Source: an uncultured delta proteobacterium
GTDB taxonomy: Bacteria > Desulfobacterota > Desulfobacteria > Desulfobacterales > Desulfatirhabdiaceae
Reading direction: 5' to 3'
Length of the DNA: 64,000 bases
NCBI GenBank assembly: GCA_963789395.1
Contig: CAWBKP010000014.1
Span: 352,001-416,000 of the forward strand
Shown here: positions 44,575 to 56,656 of the stretch, piece after piece
How the letters are laid out: every line of letters starts with the position of its first letter
Numbering within the stretch: position 1 is the first letter of the stretch
The notes under the pieces: generated by a model
Databases searched by the model: none
What the model was told of the DNA's origin: nothing
Seen by the model: only the letters and a program-made list of their open reading frames with translations
Translations under genes and position numbers: made by a program

Positions 44575-45987
44575 ATGAAACCAAGTGACGTATTGGCAAT
44601 GGCAAAGGAAAAAGGCGTAAAAATCGTGGATCTGCGGTTTATGGATTTTCCCGGAGTCTGGCAGCATTTCACCGTGCCCCTCAGGGAACTGGAGGAATCC
44701 AGTTTTGAAGAAGGATTCGGATTTGACGGATCCAGCATACGGGGATGGCAGCCCATCAACGCCAGCGACATGCTGGTGATTCCCGATGCCGCCACCGCTA
44801 AAATCGACCCGTTTTTCGAAGTCCCGACCCTGGTGCTGATCTGCGACATCAAAGATCCGATCACCTTCGAATCCTACACCCGGGATCCCCGCTTCATTGC
44901 CCGGAAAGTCGAGAATTATCTCAAATCCACCGGCATCGGCGATACCGTTTATATCGGGCCGGAAGCCGAGTTTTTCATTTTTGACGACATCCGATTTGAA
45001 TCCGCGCAGAACCGGGCTTTTTATGAAATCGACTCCATTGAAGGCGCCTGGAACACCGGCAGAGACGAAGGACCCAATCTTGGCTACAAACCCCGGTACA
45101 AGGAAGCCTATTTCCCGGTTCCCCCCATGGATAAATTTCAGGATCTGAGAACGGAAATGCTTCTGGTGCTCGAAGAACTCGGAATCGATATCGAAGCCCA
45201 GCATCACGAAGTGGCGACAGGAGGTCAGGCCGAAATCGACATGCGGTTCAAGCCCCTTCTGGAGATGGCCGATCAGCTGGTATGGTTTAAATATGTATTG
45301 AAGAATGTGGCCAACCGGGCCGGCCATACGGTGACCTTCATGCCCAAACCCCTCTTCGGCGACAACGGCAGCGGCATGCACACCCACGTCAGCATCTGGA
45401 AAGACGGAAAACCGCTGTTTGCCGGCGATCAGTATGCCGGGGTTTCTCAGATGGCGCTGTACGCCATCGGCGGCATCCTGAAGCACTGCAAGGCCCTGTG
45501 CGCATTCTCCAATCCCACGACCAATTCCTACAAACGACTGGTTCCGGGCTTTGAAGCACCCGTCAATCTGGCCTATTCCAGCCGGAACCGAAGCGCGGCA
45601 ATCCGCATTCCCATGTACTCCTCCTCGCCAAAAGCCAAACGCATCGAATTCCGCACCCCGGATCCGTCCTGCAACGGATACCTGGCGTTTTCCGCAATCT
45701 GCATGGCGGTGATTGACGGCATTCAGAATAAAATGGATCCGGGTGATCCGCTGGATAAGAACATCTACGATCTGCCGCCCGAAGAAATGGCCAATGTGCC
45801 TTCCGCACCGGGGTCCCTGGAAGAGGCTCTGGCCGCCTTGAAGGCGGATCATGAATTTTTGCTGAAAGGCGATGTATTCACCAAGGATGTCATCGATATG
45901 TGGATCGAATACAAAACCGATGCCGAAGTCAATCCGGTCAAGCTTCGGCCGCATCCCCATGAATTTTCGCTGTACTACGACATTTAA
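44575..45987 (+). CDS. glnA: Type I glutamine synthetase
   Basis: [39 protein letters not shown], adenylylation-site NIYDLP. Confidence 0.97.
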   Translation: MKPSDVLAMAKEKGVKIVDLRFMDFPGVWQHFTVPLRELEESSFEEGFGFDGSSIRGWQPINASDMLVIPDAATAKIDPFFEVPTLVLICDIKDPITFESYTRDPRFIARKVENYLKSTGIGDTVYIGPEAEFFIFDDIRFESAQNRAFYEIDSIEGAWNTGRDEGPNLGYKPRYKEAYFPVPPMDKFQDLRTEMLLVLEELGIDIEAQHHEVATGGQAEIDMRFKPLLEMADQLVWFKYVLKNVANRAGHTVTFMPKPLFGDNGSGMHTHVSIWKDGKPLFAGDQYAGVSQMALYAIGGILKHCKALCAFSNPTTNSYKRLVPGFEAPVNLAYSSRNRSAAIRIPMYSSSPKAKRIEFRTPDPSCNGYLAFSAICMAVIDGIQNKMDPGDPLDKNIYDLPPEEMANVPSAPGSLEEALAALKADHEFLLKGDVFTKDVIDMWIEYKTDAEVNPVKLRPHPHEFSLYYDI

Positions 45988-45995
45988 TTTTTTCC

Positions 45996-46095
45996 TGTTT
46001 TGCCTGAACAGACTTTCTGTTCAGGCAAAACACAGTAACATCCGCTTCCATTTCCAAAGCCCCTCTCTGCAGGGGCTTTGTCCCCCTCTTTTTTG
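45996..46095 (+). terminator. Two hairpins after glnA: 17-bp perfect inverted repeat, then terminator-like stem with T run
   Basis: tgttttgcctgaacaga/tctgttcaggcaaaaca (45996-46032); caaagcccct/aggggctttg (46055-46080). Confidence 0.75.
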
Positions 46096-46190
46096 AATCC
46101 ATTCTTGCAATTCCCGGCCGACCTGTATAATAATAAAAGGATTGGTCCATCATCGCACCGGCGGCATCAGGCAATGAAAAAGAGATACGG

Positions 46191-46755
46191 ATGGAAGCAT
46201 ATTTAAGAGATTTTGGATATTTAGCCCTTTTTATCGGCACATTTCTGGAAGGTGAAACCATATTGATCATCGCCGCGTATCTGGCGAGCAAGGGGATGCT
46301 GAACATCTATCTGGTTACGCTGTCGGCGGTAGCCGGAACCGTTCTGGGCGATCAAACCTATTTTTATATCGGCCGGATACAGGGCATCTCGTTTATCCAG
46401 AAACGGCCCAAGTTGAAGAAGAAATGGGTCAGAATCAGCGCGCTGATCGGTAAGACGGGAAAACATCATCATTTTTGTTTACCGGTTTGTTTACGGATTC
46501 AGAAATATCACACCGTTTGCACTGGGCATTTTAAATATCAATGCAATGAAGTTTTTAATTCTGAATGTCATCGCGGCCATGATCTGGGCGATATCCTTCA
46601 GTGCCCTGGGATACACATTCGGCGCCATGATCAGAAACGACATTGAAACGTATGAAAAAGTATTTGCTCTTGGCGTTTTATTCATTGCCGTATTGGCAGC
46701 TTTTATATACTGGCTGAAAAAGAGAATAAAAAACGAACCGATACTCCCCCTTTAA
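46191..46755 (+). CDS. DedA family membrane protein, one frameshift near 46458
   Basis: FIGTFLEGET, LGDQTYFYIGR, then RFVYGFR..FLILNVIAAMIWA in the next frame. Confidence 0.85.
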
Positions 46756-46843
46756 GACGATCCGAAAACCCCCCGCGGTGCAATCTTTCCCCGGAATGGC
46801 TGAACCGATGACCAAAACACGAATGATTTTTCTTTCATAACAG

Positions 46844-47539
46844 GTGTCAACTGTGTTTGGAACCCTTGTCAATACCCTGGCCATTGCAGCAGGAAGCCTT
46901 CTCGGCCTTGCTTTCAGAGGCGGAATTCCGCTCCACTACCAGCAGACCGTGATTCAGGCCATCGGTCTGGCCGTTGTTCTGATCGGCATGACCGGCGCAC
47001 TGAAAACCCAGGATATTCTGGTAGTCATTTTCAGCCTGGCCATTGGAAGCCTTGTGGGAGAATGGCTCCGGATCGAAGCACGGCTGAATCAGCTGGGCAG
47101 GTGGCTGGAAAAAAAATGCGCACAGTCCGAAGGGGGCATCGCCAAGGGATTCGTTACCGCCAGCCTGATTTATTGCGTCGGTTCCATGGCCATTGTGGGC
47201 TCCATGGAAAGCGGGCTGACCGGCAACCATCAGACCTTATTCGCCAAATCCGTCCTGGACGGCATATCCGCCATTATCTTTGCATCCAGCCTTGGCGCCG
47301 GCGTACTGTTCTCCGCGATATCGGTGGGCGTTTATCAGGGAATTCTCACCCTGTCTGCGGTGCTGATGAAACCATACCTGGTTCCGCTGGTTGTGGACCA
47401 GATGTCGGCGGTCGGCGGAATTCTCATCATGGCCATTGGGTTCAACCTGCTTGAAATCAAAAAAATGAATGTCGGCAACATGCTGCCGGCCATCTTCATG
47501 CCTCTTGCCTATTACATGATCCAGCAGTTGTTCAGGTAA
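46844..47539 (+). CDS. DUF554 family membrane protein (YqgA-like)
   Basis: GTLVN, FVTASLIYCVGSMAIVG, AKSVLDG, VGNMLPA. Confidence 0.9.
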   Translation: MSTVFGTLVNTLAIAAGSLLGLAFRGGIPLHYQQTVIQAIGLAVVLIGMTGALKTQDILVVIFSLAIGSLVGEWLRIEARLNQLGRWLEKKCAQSEGGIAKGFVTASLIYCVGSMAIVGSMESGLTGNHQTLFAKSVLDGISAIIFASSLGAGVLFSAISVGVYQGILTLSAVLMKPYLVPLVVDQMSAVGGILIMAIGFNLLEIKKMNVGNMLPAIFMPLAYYMIQQLFR

Positions 47540-47587
47540 AAAAAGTCCATACAGTGTGACATTACCGGAACGGAAAGTCATTCAGGC

Positions 47588-47736
47588 AAAATCCGAATAT
47601 CAAAACAACTGAATTTTCAGTTGAAACCGCACTGTTTGGGTCATTATGATTTGGGTCATTGTTTCGAATTTCGGATTTCGATATTCGAATTTACAAACTC
47701 CGTTCATTGTTTCAAATTTGGTGCCTCGAATTTATA
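47588..47736. repeat. Heptamer (TTCGnnn) palindromic intergenic element, copy B
   Basis: ttcgaat ttcggat ttcgata ttcgaat plus a degenerate second right arm at about 47704-47736. Confidence 0.75.
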
Positions 47737-50700
47737 TCAGATAGCCGCTTTTCGCTTCCACTTCAGCTCGACTTTCTTCCATGCCCCTCCCCGGCTGAAG
47801 CACTGCCAGCCCCATTTGAGCCAGGTCAAGAGAGCGAACGCCAGCCACAGGGACCACAGCAGCATCAGCACATGAAACACCCATTCCGGAAGACTGATGA
47901 CCCGGGGATCCGGCATGAAGCCTGCGATTCTGTCCTGGGTCCAGTTCAACACCCGTGGGGTGGAGTTGTTTCCGGCAATCTGCATATCGGGAATTCCCAT
48001 CAGCCCGTTTTCGACCGCCAGGTACAGACCGGACAGCGCCGCCGCGGTCCAGACCGCCAGAAGAAACTGGGTGAAATTATACGTGATCCAGCCGCCGCCG
48101 GGCAGGGTGGTGTTTCGCATACCCAGGGCCAGCAGCCATCCCACGATGATCAGCGCCATCAATGGATGAATCTGGGTCAGGCCCATGGTTAAGAGCAGCC
48201 AGTGGTAAGTCTTTAACGGGGCAAGCGCGGTTTTCCCCAGGCCGATCGCAATCAGAACGACGATCACAAGATACCCCCAGAAAAGCACGGCCGGACCCAG
48301 CCGGGGTCCGGACACCCAGAGTATCCAGCGGTTTTCCGGAACCTGAACGGAAACAGATGCATTGACAGCCGGCCCGCCGATCGACACACGGGGCGGGTGA
48401 TACCACCACTGACCGGATGTCGGCTGCAGCCATTCCAGCGTAATTTTCTGGGCTCCGGGAACCAGTGGAACCACGACATGCCGGCCTTCCTGGCGGATCG
48501 GCTGAGACCGGCCCTGAATGCCGACTTTCTGAAGGTCGGCTTCCTGCGGCAATTCCAGTTGATGCTGGCCGCCCCTGCTGGTGCGGACTCCGAGCGTCAG
48601 CTCCGCACGATCCTGGCGTTCTCCGGGCGTCCACTTTATAGCGGCGCTGTCCATCGTGACGATCGGACCGGAAACGGCCTTGGGCCGGGTGATGCGGATT
48701 TCGATGCTCTCTCCCGGCCAGGGCCGCCACTCGGGCCGCCATGTTCCCTGAGAATCCTGTTGATGAATCATGGGGATTCCGGAAAAATCGCAATGCCATA
48801 CGGAACTCGCCGCCAGAATCCAGGTTTCCGTCCAGGGAACGGCTTCCGGCGCGATCAGACGCAGCGTTTCCGTAGTATCCAGATGAGAAACCAGGGTTAT
48901 TTCCCCCGTATCCGGATCAAAATTGATCATGGCCTTTCCCGGTTCCACATGAATGCCGGCAGTGGTCACCGACTCTCCGGCCAGGAGCGGAATCTGAAGG
49001 GAGACAGGGGTACCGGAAGGGGTCATTCGGGTGATACGGGTTTGAACTTCCCAGTTCAGGCCAAGAAAAAGCGCCCGCTCAACATGAAAAAACGGAGACA
49101 GCGCGCTGGGTCCGATCGGGGTTCCGGACGGGCCCTGCTTTTCAATCCGTTGCAGCTGGATGCCGCCGGACACCCTGCCGTCCGGATCAATACCCTGAAC
49201 AGACCAGCCATTGACACCGGCCGTAACCCGGCGGGGTTTGATGGGCAGCGTAATCTGAATGGCATTTATCCGGGCGATTTTCCCGCTGATCACCAGGCGG
49301 TGGATGCCTTGCGGAACCAGTGCCCATAACTGGCCGGTTGCTTCCCGCATGAGTCCCTTCAACGGCTGCTGATTCAACAAAACGGCGTCCGGGGTCCAGT
49401 TTTCCGCACCTGCCGGCAAGGGAACAGCCGTTTCAATGGCAGCCTGAACATCCACATGCATTCTCAGATCGGTTGCATCCGCTTGAATTTCCATTCGGGG
49501 AATATCGGCGCAAAACGGAAAACAATCGGGTTTTTTTATCAGCCGGTGCTGAAGTTCTTCAAGAAGCGCTGAGGGCGGATATGCAGCCGGCAAAACTTCA
49601 GCCTGAACGTCAGCGGACACCCCCATTGTTCCCCCAAGAAACAGCAGCAATCCAACCAGGGCTGACTGCCGGGAGCCAATCCTGTTTCGCCAGTAACCGC
49701 CAAACGATCTCATATCGCAGAGTCCTGCCGTCAATACAGCCAGCAGCAGTATCCGGATAACGGCAAGAAGCAGGTTGGCTCCGGGCGAAATCAGCCAGAG
49801 GCGAAAGGTTTGATCCGTGTCAACAGGCCCGTTCCACCGCAGGGTAAATGCTCGCCATTTCCATGTGGGAAGACCCGGACCGGTTTGAATCAGCGCCTGG
49901 GGGTCCTGGTCCGTGATCTGGAAAGACGGCTGCTTGGTGCGGACGGCTTCCCTGGTTTTTCCGGAGCCTGCCGGCAGATTGGCATCGGCTTTTTGCAGGA
50001 GCTGCTCGCGCATCTGCTCCGGCTGCGTTGCAGTGGATAAAACATTGAGTGACTGTCCGGCAGGCTGCCGGGACTGGACAGCTGCGATTTGTTCCAGTTG
50101 CGGATACAGCCCCTGGCGGATTTCCTGAATCATGAACGGAATGGCAAGGGTCAGAAGCACGACAACACTGCCGACGCGCCACAGGACAGCAGCCTGCTTC
50201 ACCCGCCCCTCCGGAAGCACCCGGACCAGTGCGGTGGCGGCCAGAAGACTCAACCAGACGGTCCGGGGTGCGCCGGGCTCATGGTAGATCAGGGTCAGGG
50301 AAACAAGCGCCAGTGCCCCCCACACAACGGATTTGAGTCGGCTCACGGCCATTGCCGTGACCAGAACCAGAAAAAAATCCAGAAGTGTCCAGCGTTCCAC
50401 CCAGGAAGACGGCGTCACATCCACCCCGCCTGCGGCAAAAAGATGCCATCCGGGGGGAAGGTTCAACACGCCGGACGCGTTTTGAAACCCATGATCCCAG
50501 CCAGCAACCGGTATTCGGCGAAGCGGCGCATTGATCCGGGAATCCGCATCCAGCGATAACTGTCCTTGCCGAAGCTCGACACCGGCCTTGCCTTCCTTGC
50601 CATGAGCCGTAATGAGCTGATCGACGCCGTCAACCGCAACCTTTCCCAGGACGCCGGGCGGATTCATGGCCAGATACCACTGACGGCTGAGAGCTCCCGT

Positions 50701-51828
50701 AATCCTGTCCTTCTGGGTAAATCCCATGCCGTCAAAATCCAGCCACCAGGTTCGAAATATCTGCAGCTGGTCCGGCGCCGGGTCACTGTCCCCCCGCCGC
50801 AGCACGGTGAAACGGAGAACGGTCTCCGGGTTGATCCGATAGGCGGGAAACGCTTTCCATGCCGGCGGCACATCGGTCTGGCCCGGATCAATTGCCGGAG
50901 CCCCTGAAATAGCCACCATCCGCAATTGATTCCGGGATTCAAACGACCAGATTTCCTCGCCGTACGCACATGCGCCTGCCGCTATGCTGTCCATGGGATG
51001 TTCGAACCGGGTTTCAATTTCCAGGAGCCAGTTTCCGGGCCTGGCCTGAATCATCACCTCGCCCTGCGGACCGATTCTTGCCGGCAGGACGGATGTCAGC
51101 CGAAGGGGAACAGCGCCTTTCAACAGCACATCCGTCAGGCGGATTTCTCTTGCCTGCCCGGAAACATCCATACGAAGCTGATTTATGGTCGTCATGGGAA
51201 TGGTATCTTTAAGGAGTCTGAAAATCCGTATTTCCAGACGGTTTTCCAGAACCGGACCGGCATCCCTTTTCTGAATCCAGAGCCTTCCGGAGCTGTCGAT
51301 TACCGGCTGTTCCACCGGCTGGCCTTTTACCGTAAGGGTTACAATGGCGGATTCCGGAGGAATCATCAGGGTCTCGGGCAGTTCTTTCCAGGAAAAAGAC
51401 CCGCTCACCCGGTGTTCGCCTTTGGAAAGCCGGACAGACGGAACCTGATCCCGCAGCAGGACGGGCGCCTGTTTTCCATCGATATCGACGCTGTCCGGAT
51501 ACATATCCCGGCTTCCGGGAAGCGCCGCCCAGACATCGCGAAACACCAGCCAGTGCTGTTCAAAATTTCCTGTTTTTTCTTCGATGGCCACATTCAACCG
51601 CGAAGACCACCTGCACGCGGGCCTGTCCGCATCGTCATAGCGGGCCGGGCAGAATTTTTCCTCCATGCCGTAAAGAACCCAGGGTTTCCAGGCCGAGAGT
51701 TCCGGCGGCATCTCGACCGGCGGCAAACCGGTTGCCAGAACAGGAAAGGTGATGCAGAGCAGACAACAACAGCATGCAGCCATGTGGAAAATGGCGCTGA
51801 TCCGGACAGGCCGTTGAAAAACCGTCAT
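47737..51828 (-). CDS. Large uncharacterised exported/membrane protein (1363 aa) with internal duplication
   Basis: Long open frame, AGGAGG RBS before ATG 51828, signal-peptide-like N-terminus, two TM clusters. Confidence 0.8.
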   Translation of the reverse strand: MTVFQRPVRISAIFHMAACCCCLLCITFPVLATGLPPVEMPPELSAWKPWVLYGMEEKFCPARYDDADRPACRWSSRLNVAIEEKTGNFEQHWLVFRDVWAALPGSRDMYPDSVDIDGKQAPVLLRDQVPSVRLSKGEHRVSGSFSWKELPETLMIPPESAIVTLTVKGQPVEQPVIDSSGRLWIQKRDAGPVLENRLEIRIFRLLKDTIPMTTINQLRMDVSGQAREIRLTDVLLKGAVPLRLTSVLPARIGPQGEVMIQARPGNWLLEIETRFEHPMDSIAAGACAYGEEIWSFESRNQLRMVAISGAPAIDPGQTDVPPAWKAFPAYRINPETVLRFTVLRRGDSDPAPDQLQIFRTWWLDFDGMGFTQKDRITGALSRQWYLAMNPPGVLGKVAVDGVDQLITAHGKEGKAGVELRQGQLSLDADSRINAPLRRIPVAGWDHGFQNASGVLNLPPGWHLFAAGGVDVTPSSWVERWTLLDFFLVLVTAMAVSRLKSVVWGALALVSLTLIYHEPGAPRTVWLSLLAATALVRVLPEGRVKQAAVLWRVGSVVVLLTLAIPFMIQEIRQGLYPQLEQIAAVQSRQPAGQSLNVLSTATQPEQMREQLLQKADANLPAGSGKTREAVRTKQPSFQITDQDPQALIQTGPGLPTWKWRAFTLRWNGPVDTDQTFRLWLISPGANLLLAVIRILLLAVLTAGLCDMRSFGGYWRNRIGSRQSALVGLLLFLGGTMGVSADVQAEVLPAAYPPSALLEELQHRLIKKPDCFPFCADIPRMEIQADATDLRMHVDVQAAIETAVPLPAGAENWTPDAVLLNQQPLKGLMREATGQLWALVPQGIHRLVISGKIARINAIQITLPIKPRRVTAGVNGWSVQGIDPDGRVSGGIQLQRIEKQGPSGTPIGPSALSPFFHVERALFLGLNWEVQTRITRMTPSGTPVSLQIPLLAGESVTTAGIHVEPGKAMINFDPDTGEITLVSHLDTTETLRLIAPEAVPWTETWILAASSVWHCDFSGIPMIHQQDSQGTWRPEWRPWPGESIEIRITRPKAVSGPIVTMDSAAIKWTPGERQDRAELTLGVRTSRGGQHQLELPQEADLQKVGIQGRSQPIRQEGRHVVVPLVPGAQKITLEWLQPTSGQWWYHPPRVSIGGPAVNASVSVQVPENRWILWVSGPRLGPAVLFWGYLVIVVLIAIGLGKTALAPLKTYHWLLLTMGLTQIHPLMALIIVGWLLALGMRNTTLPGGGWITYNFTQFLLAVWTAAALSGLYLAVENGLMGIPDMQIAGNNSTPRVLNWTQDRIAGFMPDPRVISLPEWVFHVLMLLWSLWLAFALLTWLKWGWQCFSRGGAWKKVELKWKRKAAI

Positions 51829-52025
51829 GATATGCCTCCTCTCTGGGAAACGGATGCAGGCAATGATGGGTGCGCAGCTCCCCGTCATCGGTTATCAGGA
51901 TGATGCGGCTGCAACAGTTAAGGGCCGGGCGGCACCCGACAGATCTTCAATATAATGAAAAAAAAGAAATGAAAAGCGAAAATATCTCTTGGCGAAAAAA
52001 CGGCGGGAACAGCGCGGCGGAATGG

Positions 52026-52069
52026 AAAAAGCCCTGCAATCGCCGGAATTGACGGCAACTGCAGGGCTT
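52026..52069 (-). terminator. Intrinsic terminator for amtB-glnK
   Basis: aagccctgca...tgcagggctt stem with A run on the left, just past the glnK stop. Confidence 0.65.
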
Positions 52070-52081
52070 GAGCATGCGGCG

Positions 52082-53808
<1,727 letters not shown>

Positions 53809-53874
53809 TGGTGATCTCCTTTGATAATAAATATAAGTTGATGGTGCGGTTCTATTTACAGATGCTACAACCTT

Positions 53875-53890
53875 AGCAATATACATGCCA
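53875..53890 (-). promoter_or_regulatory. Sigma54 promoter for amtB-glnK
   Basis: Minus strand TGGCATGTATATTGCT. Confidence 0.85.
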
Positions 53891-54071
53891 GATATTTATA
53901 TTGAATTATATCAGATAATTTTGGATAATGTTATTATGATAGCCCGACACAATAATTATACAAAATTGTAATATTTCTGTGTATAAATGCATATGTGTGT
54001 AATTTTGAACAGGCCTTGATTTTTCAGCCGACCGCCGTTGCCATCCCGCAAGCTTGATTGCATATCTTTGC

Positions 54072-54100
54072 TTGCTTTTATAACGTGCTCAAATTATGAT
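54072..54100 (+). promoter_or_regulatory. Sigma70-type promoter for dGTPase gene
   Basis: TTGCTT-17 bp-TATGAT. Confidence 0.55.
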
Positions 54101-54160
54101 TCATCATCCATGCATCTGCTTTTTGAAACTGAGATTTTTGTGTAAACGTGAGCAAACTCC

Positions 54161-55217
54161 ATGACCATTCGTGAAAAATTTGAAAACAGGGAAAAGAGTT
54201 TTTTATCCCCTTTTGGCTGTTTGAGTTCGGAATCCCGGGGCAGGGAAAGGCCTGAAGACCCTTGCCCCATTCGTACGGCGTTTCAGGTGGATCGGGACCG
54301 GATCGTCTATTCCAACGCCTTCCGGCGACTGAAATACAAAACCCAGGTGTTTCTGGCGCCGCTGGGGGATTATTACCGCACCCGCCTGACGCACACCCTT
54401 GAAGTAGCCCAGATCGCCAGAAACATTTCCCGCGCCATGCTCCTGAATGAAGATTTGACCGAAGCCATTGCTCTGGGACATGATCTGGGGCACCCGCCTT
54501 TCGGGCACAGCGGGGAAAAAACCCTTCAGGAAATATATTCGAAGGATTTCTATCACAACAAGCAGAGCGTCCGGGTTGTGGAAGTGCTTGAAAACAAAGG
54601 TCTTGGGCTGAACCTGACCTATGAGGTTCGAGACGGGATTCTGAAACATTCCAAGGGATTCGGAAAGATCATCCCCGATGATCCATCAGAGCTTGCCGCA
54701 ACGTTTGAGGGGAGAGTCGTCCGGATCGCGGATATCATGGCGTACCTGAATCACGATCTGGATGATGCCATCCGCAGCGGCGTCATTTCCATCGAGCAGG
54801 TTCCCGGAATCCTGTTCACGGATAATCGGTCGAACCCATTCCCAGCGGGCAACCACCATGATTCGGGATCTGGTGTTTTCCAGTGAGGTTCGAAATGGAG
54901 ACCTGATATTGAAAATGAGCGATGAGGTCAGCGCCGCCATGAATACGCTGCGGGCATTTCTCTATGATAATGTTTACCGCTCCCCCCGGGTTCACAACGA
55001 ATTTATCAAGGCAAAGAAGATATTGACCGAACTGTATGAATGTTTGCTGAACCGGCCGGATATATTCAAAAAAGAACTCAGTGCCGTGGAAATGTCCTGG
55101 TTTCATTACAACGACCTGTCCCACGAACAGTCGATCTGTGATTTTATCGCCAGCATGACCGATCGGTGCGCACTGAGCCTGTATGAAAAAATCTTTTTCC
55201 CCTCACCACTGATCTGA
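54161..55217 (+). CDS. dgt: Deoxyguanosinetriphosphate triphosphohydrolase (short type), one frameshift near 54810
   Basis: [43 protein letters not shown]-terminal DFIASMTDR in the 54762 frame. Confidence 0.9.
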
Positions 55218-55819
55218 TGGAGGCCCATGGATTGAAACCCCGGCAGGAAAACATGGAACGGTGTACGCCGTATCTTGACAGGCTGGCGGCGATATTCCGG
55301 AAAATGGATACGCGCTATGCGGAAACAGCCGGAAACTACGGTTTTGTCTGTTCAGGATGCACGGATAGTTGCTGCCGAACCCGATTTTATCACCACACCC
55401 TGATAGAATATTTTTATTTGAAGCGCGGACTGGATTCCCTGAGTTCAACCGACCGGGAACGGTTTTTTTCCCGGGCACAGGATGTGAATTCCCGATGGAA
55501 CCTGCATTCCGCTCCCGCTCCCGGCGTGATGTGCCCGCTGAACGAGGCGGGACGGTGCCGTCTGTATGCCCACCGGCCCATGATCTGCAGACTTCACGGC
55601 ATTCCCCACGAACTGAACCACCCTGTAACGGGCCGGGCCCTGGGCCCGGGCTGCCACGAATTCGTCATCCAATGCGGTGATAAACCCTACGTCCCTTTTG
55701 ACCGAACCTCGCTGTACCGGGAACTGGCCGATCTGGAAAACGCTTTCCGGCAGGAAACCGGGCTGAATGTCAAAATAAAGATGACCATCGCGGAAATGCT
55801 GGTTGACTGCCGGGAATAG
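55217..55819 (+). CDS. YkgJ-like CxxCxxxCC cysteine-cluster protein
   Basis: CSGCTDSCC, CPLN..GRCRLYAHRPMICRLHG. Confidence 0.8.
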   Translation: MEAHGLKPRQENMERCTPYLDRLAAIFRKMDTRYAETAGNYGFVCSGCTDSCCRTRFYHHTLIEYFYLKRGLDSLSSTDRERFFSRAQDVNSRWNLHSAPAPGVMCPLNEAGRCRLYAHRPMICRLHGIPHELNHPVTGRALGPGCHEFVIQCGDKPYVPFDRTSLYRELADLENAFRQETGLNVKIKMTIAEMLVDCRE

Positions 55820-55865
55820 ATTTTTTTTGAAATCTTGTTTTTTGTGAATGCTTTTCAAAAACTGC

Positions 55866-55894
55866 TTGCTTTTTAAAATCTTGTTCAATATATT
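55866..55894 (+). promoter_or_regulatory. Sigma70-type promoter for the mvhD-gltB-metVF operon
   Basis: TTGCTT-17 bp-TATATT, predicting a start near 55900. Confidence 0.6.
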
Positions 55895-55902
55895 ACAAAA
55901 AT

Positions 55903-55955
55903 GAAGTCAACGTGGACTTCTGCTGAAATTGAATCAACGTCTCAACGAAGAGATG
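55903..55955 (+). promoter_or_regulatory. ANTAR-type dual hairpin RNA motif
   Basis: gaagtc[aacgtg]gacttc and cgtctc[aacgaa]gagatg: 6-nt loops with A1 and G4, C-G closing pairs. Confidence 0.72.
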
Positions 55956-56118
55956 CTGCGGGGTTTTCCGGGTAATCAGGGCGGTTCCGATAAAGGTTTT
56001 TTTCAATACCGCTGCAAAATTCCTTCCGGACTTATCGACCCCCCCGATCCGTTCAGTTCCTGGATCAACGCCGATCCTGCCGTATTCCATTCACCGACGA
56101 AATTATCCATATAGTGGT

Positions 56119-56169
56119 AACCGGAGCTGCTTTGCCCTGTTTCGCAAGGACGGCTGCACGGTTTTTTTT
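56119..56169 (+). terminator. Leader terminator/attenuator candidate upstream of mvhD
   Basis: Interrupted stem (aaccg/cggtt, agctg/cggct, ctttgc/gcaagg) followed by T8. Confidence 0.5.
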
Positions 56170-56259
56170 ATCCAATCCGAAGACGATTTTACCCGGTATC
56201 CACCCTTTATTCCGGATCCGGGGTGTTATTGCTTTTCTGTTCAGCGGTAAGGAGTCGCG

Positions 56260-56652
56260 ATGAAACCTGAGATTGTGATTTATTGTTGCGCCAATTCCTC
56301 GGCGATTTCAGAAGAAGATGCCGAGAAAATCATTCCCGAAGATCAGGCAGTGCTTCGGATTTCCCGGCTGCCCTGTTCCGGACGCACGGATGTGCTCTAT
56401 CTGCTGCGGAGCATCGAAACAGGGGCGACCCTGACGATGATCGTGGGCTGCCCGGAAGGCCAGTGTCAGTTTCTGGAAGGAAATCTGCGCGCCAGAATGC
56501 GGGTGCGTTACGCCAACCGGTTGCTGGCTGAAGCCGGGCTGGGGGAAGAGCGTATTCACATGGTCAATATCGCACCCGGCGATGAATCCTCTTTTGCCGC
56601 CGCGCTTCGGGAAGCGGTCGCAAAGGCCCGGCAAATCGGTTCGTGGAGGTAG
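56260..56652 (+). CDS. mvhD: MvhD/FlpD-type [2Fe-2S] subunit
   Basis: YCC, RLPCSGR, GCPEGQCQFLEGNLRA, GLGEERI; AAGGAG RBS. Confidence 0.9.
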   Translation: MKPEIVIYCCANSSAISEEDAEKIIPEDQAVLRISRLPCSGRTDVLYLLRSIETGATLTMIVGCPEGQCQFLEGNLRARMRVRYANRLLAEAGLGEERIHMVNIAPGDESSFAAALREAVAKARQIGSWR

Positions 56653-56656
56653 ACAG

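Noticed and set aside
55900..56259. SAM-I, THF or glutamine (glnA) riboswitch in the leader
   Set aside because: I could not find their conserved cores by eye; the ANTAR-type pattern fits better. An Rfam scan would be needed to exclude them firmly.
56260..56652. Selenocysteine recoding in MvhD
   Set aside because: The ORF is full length with Cys codons and no in-frame TGA.
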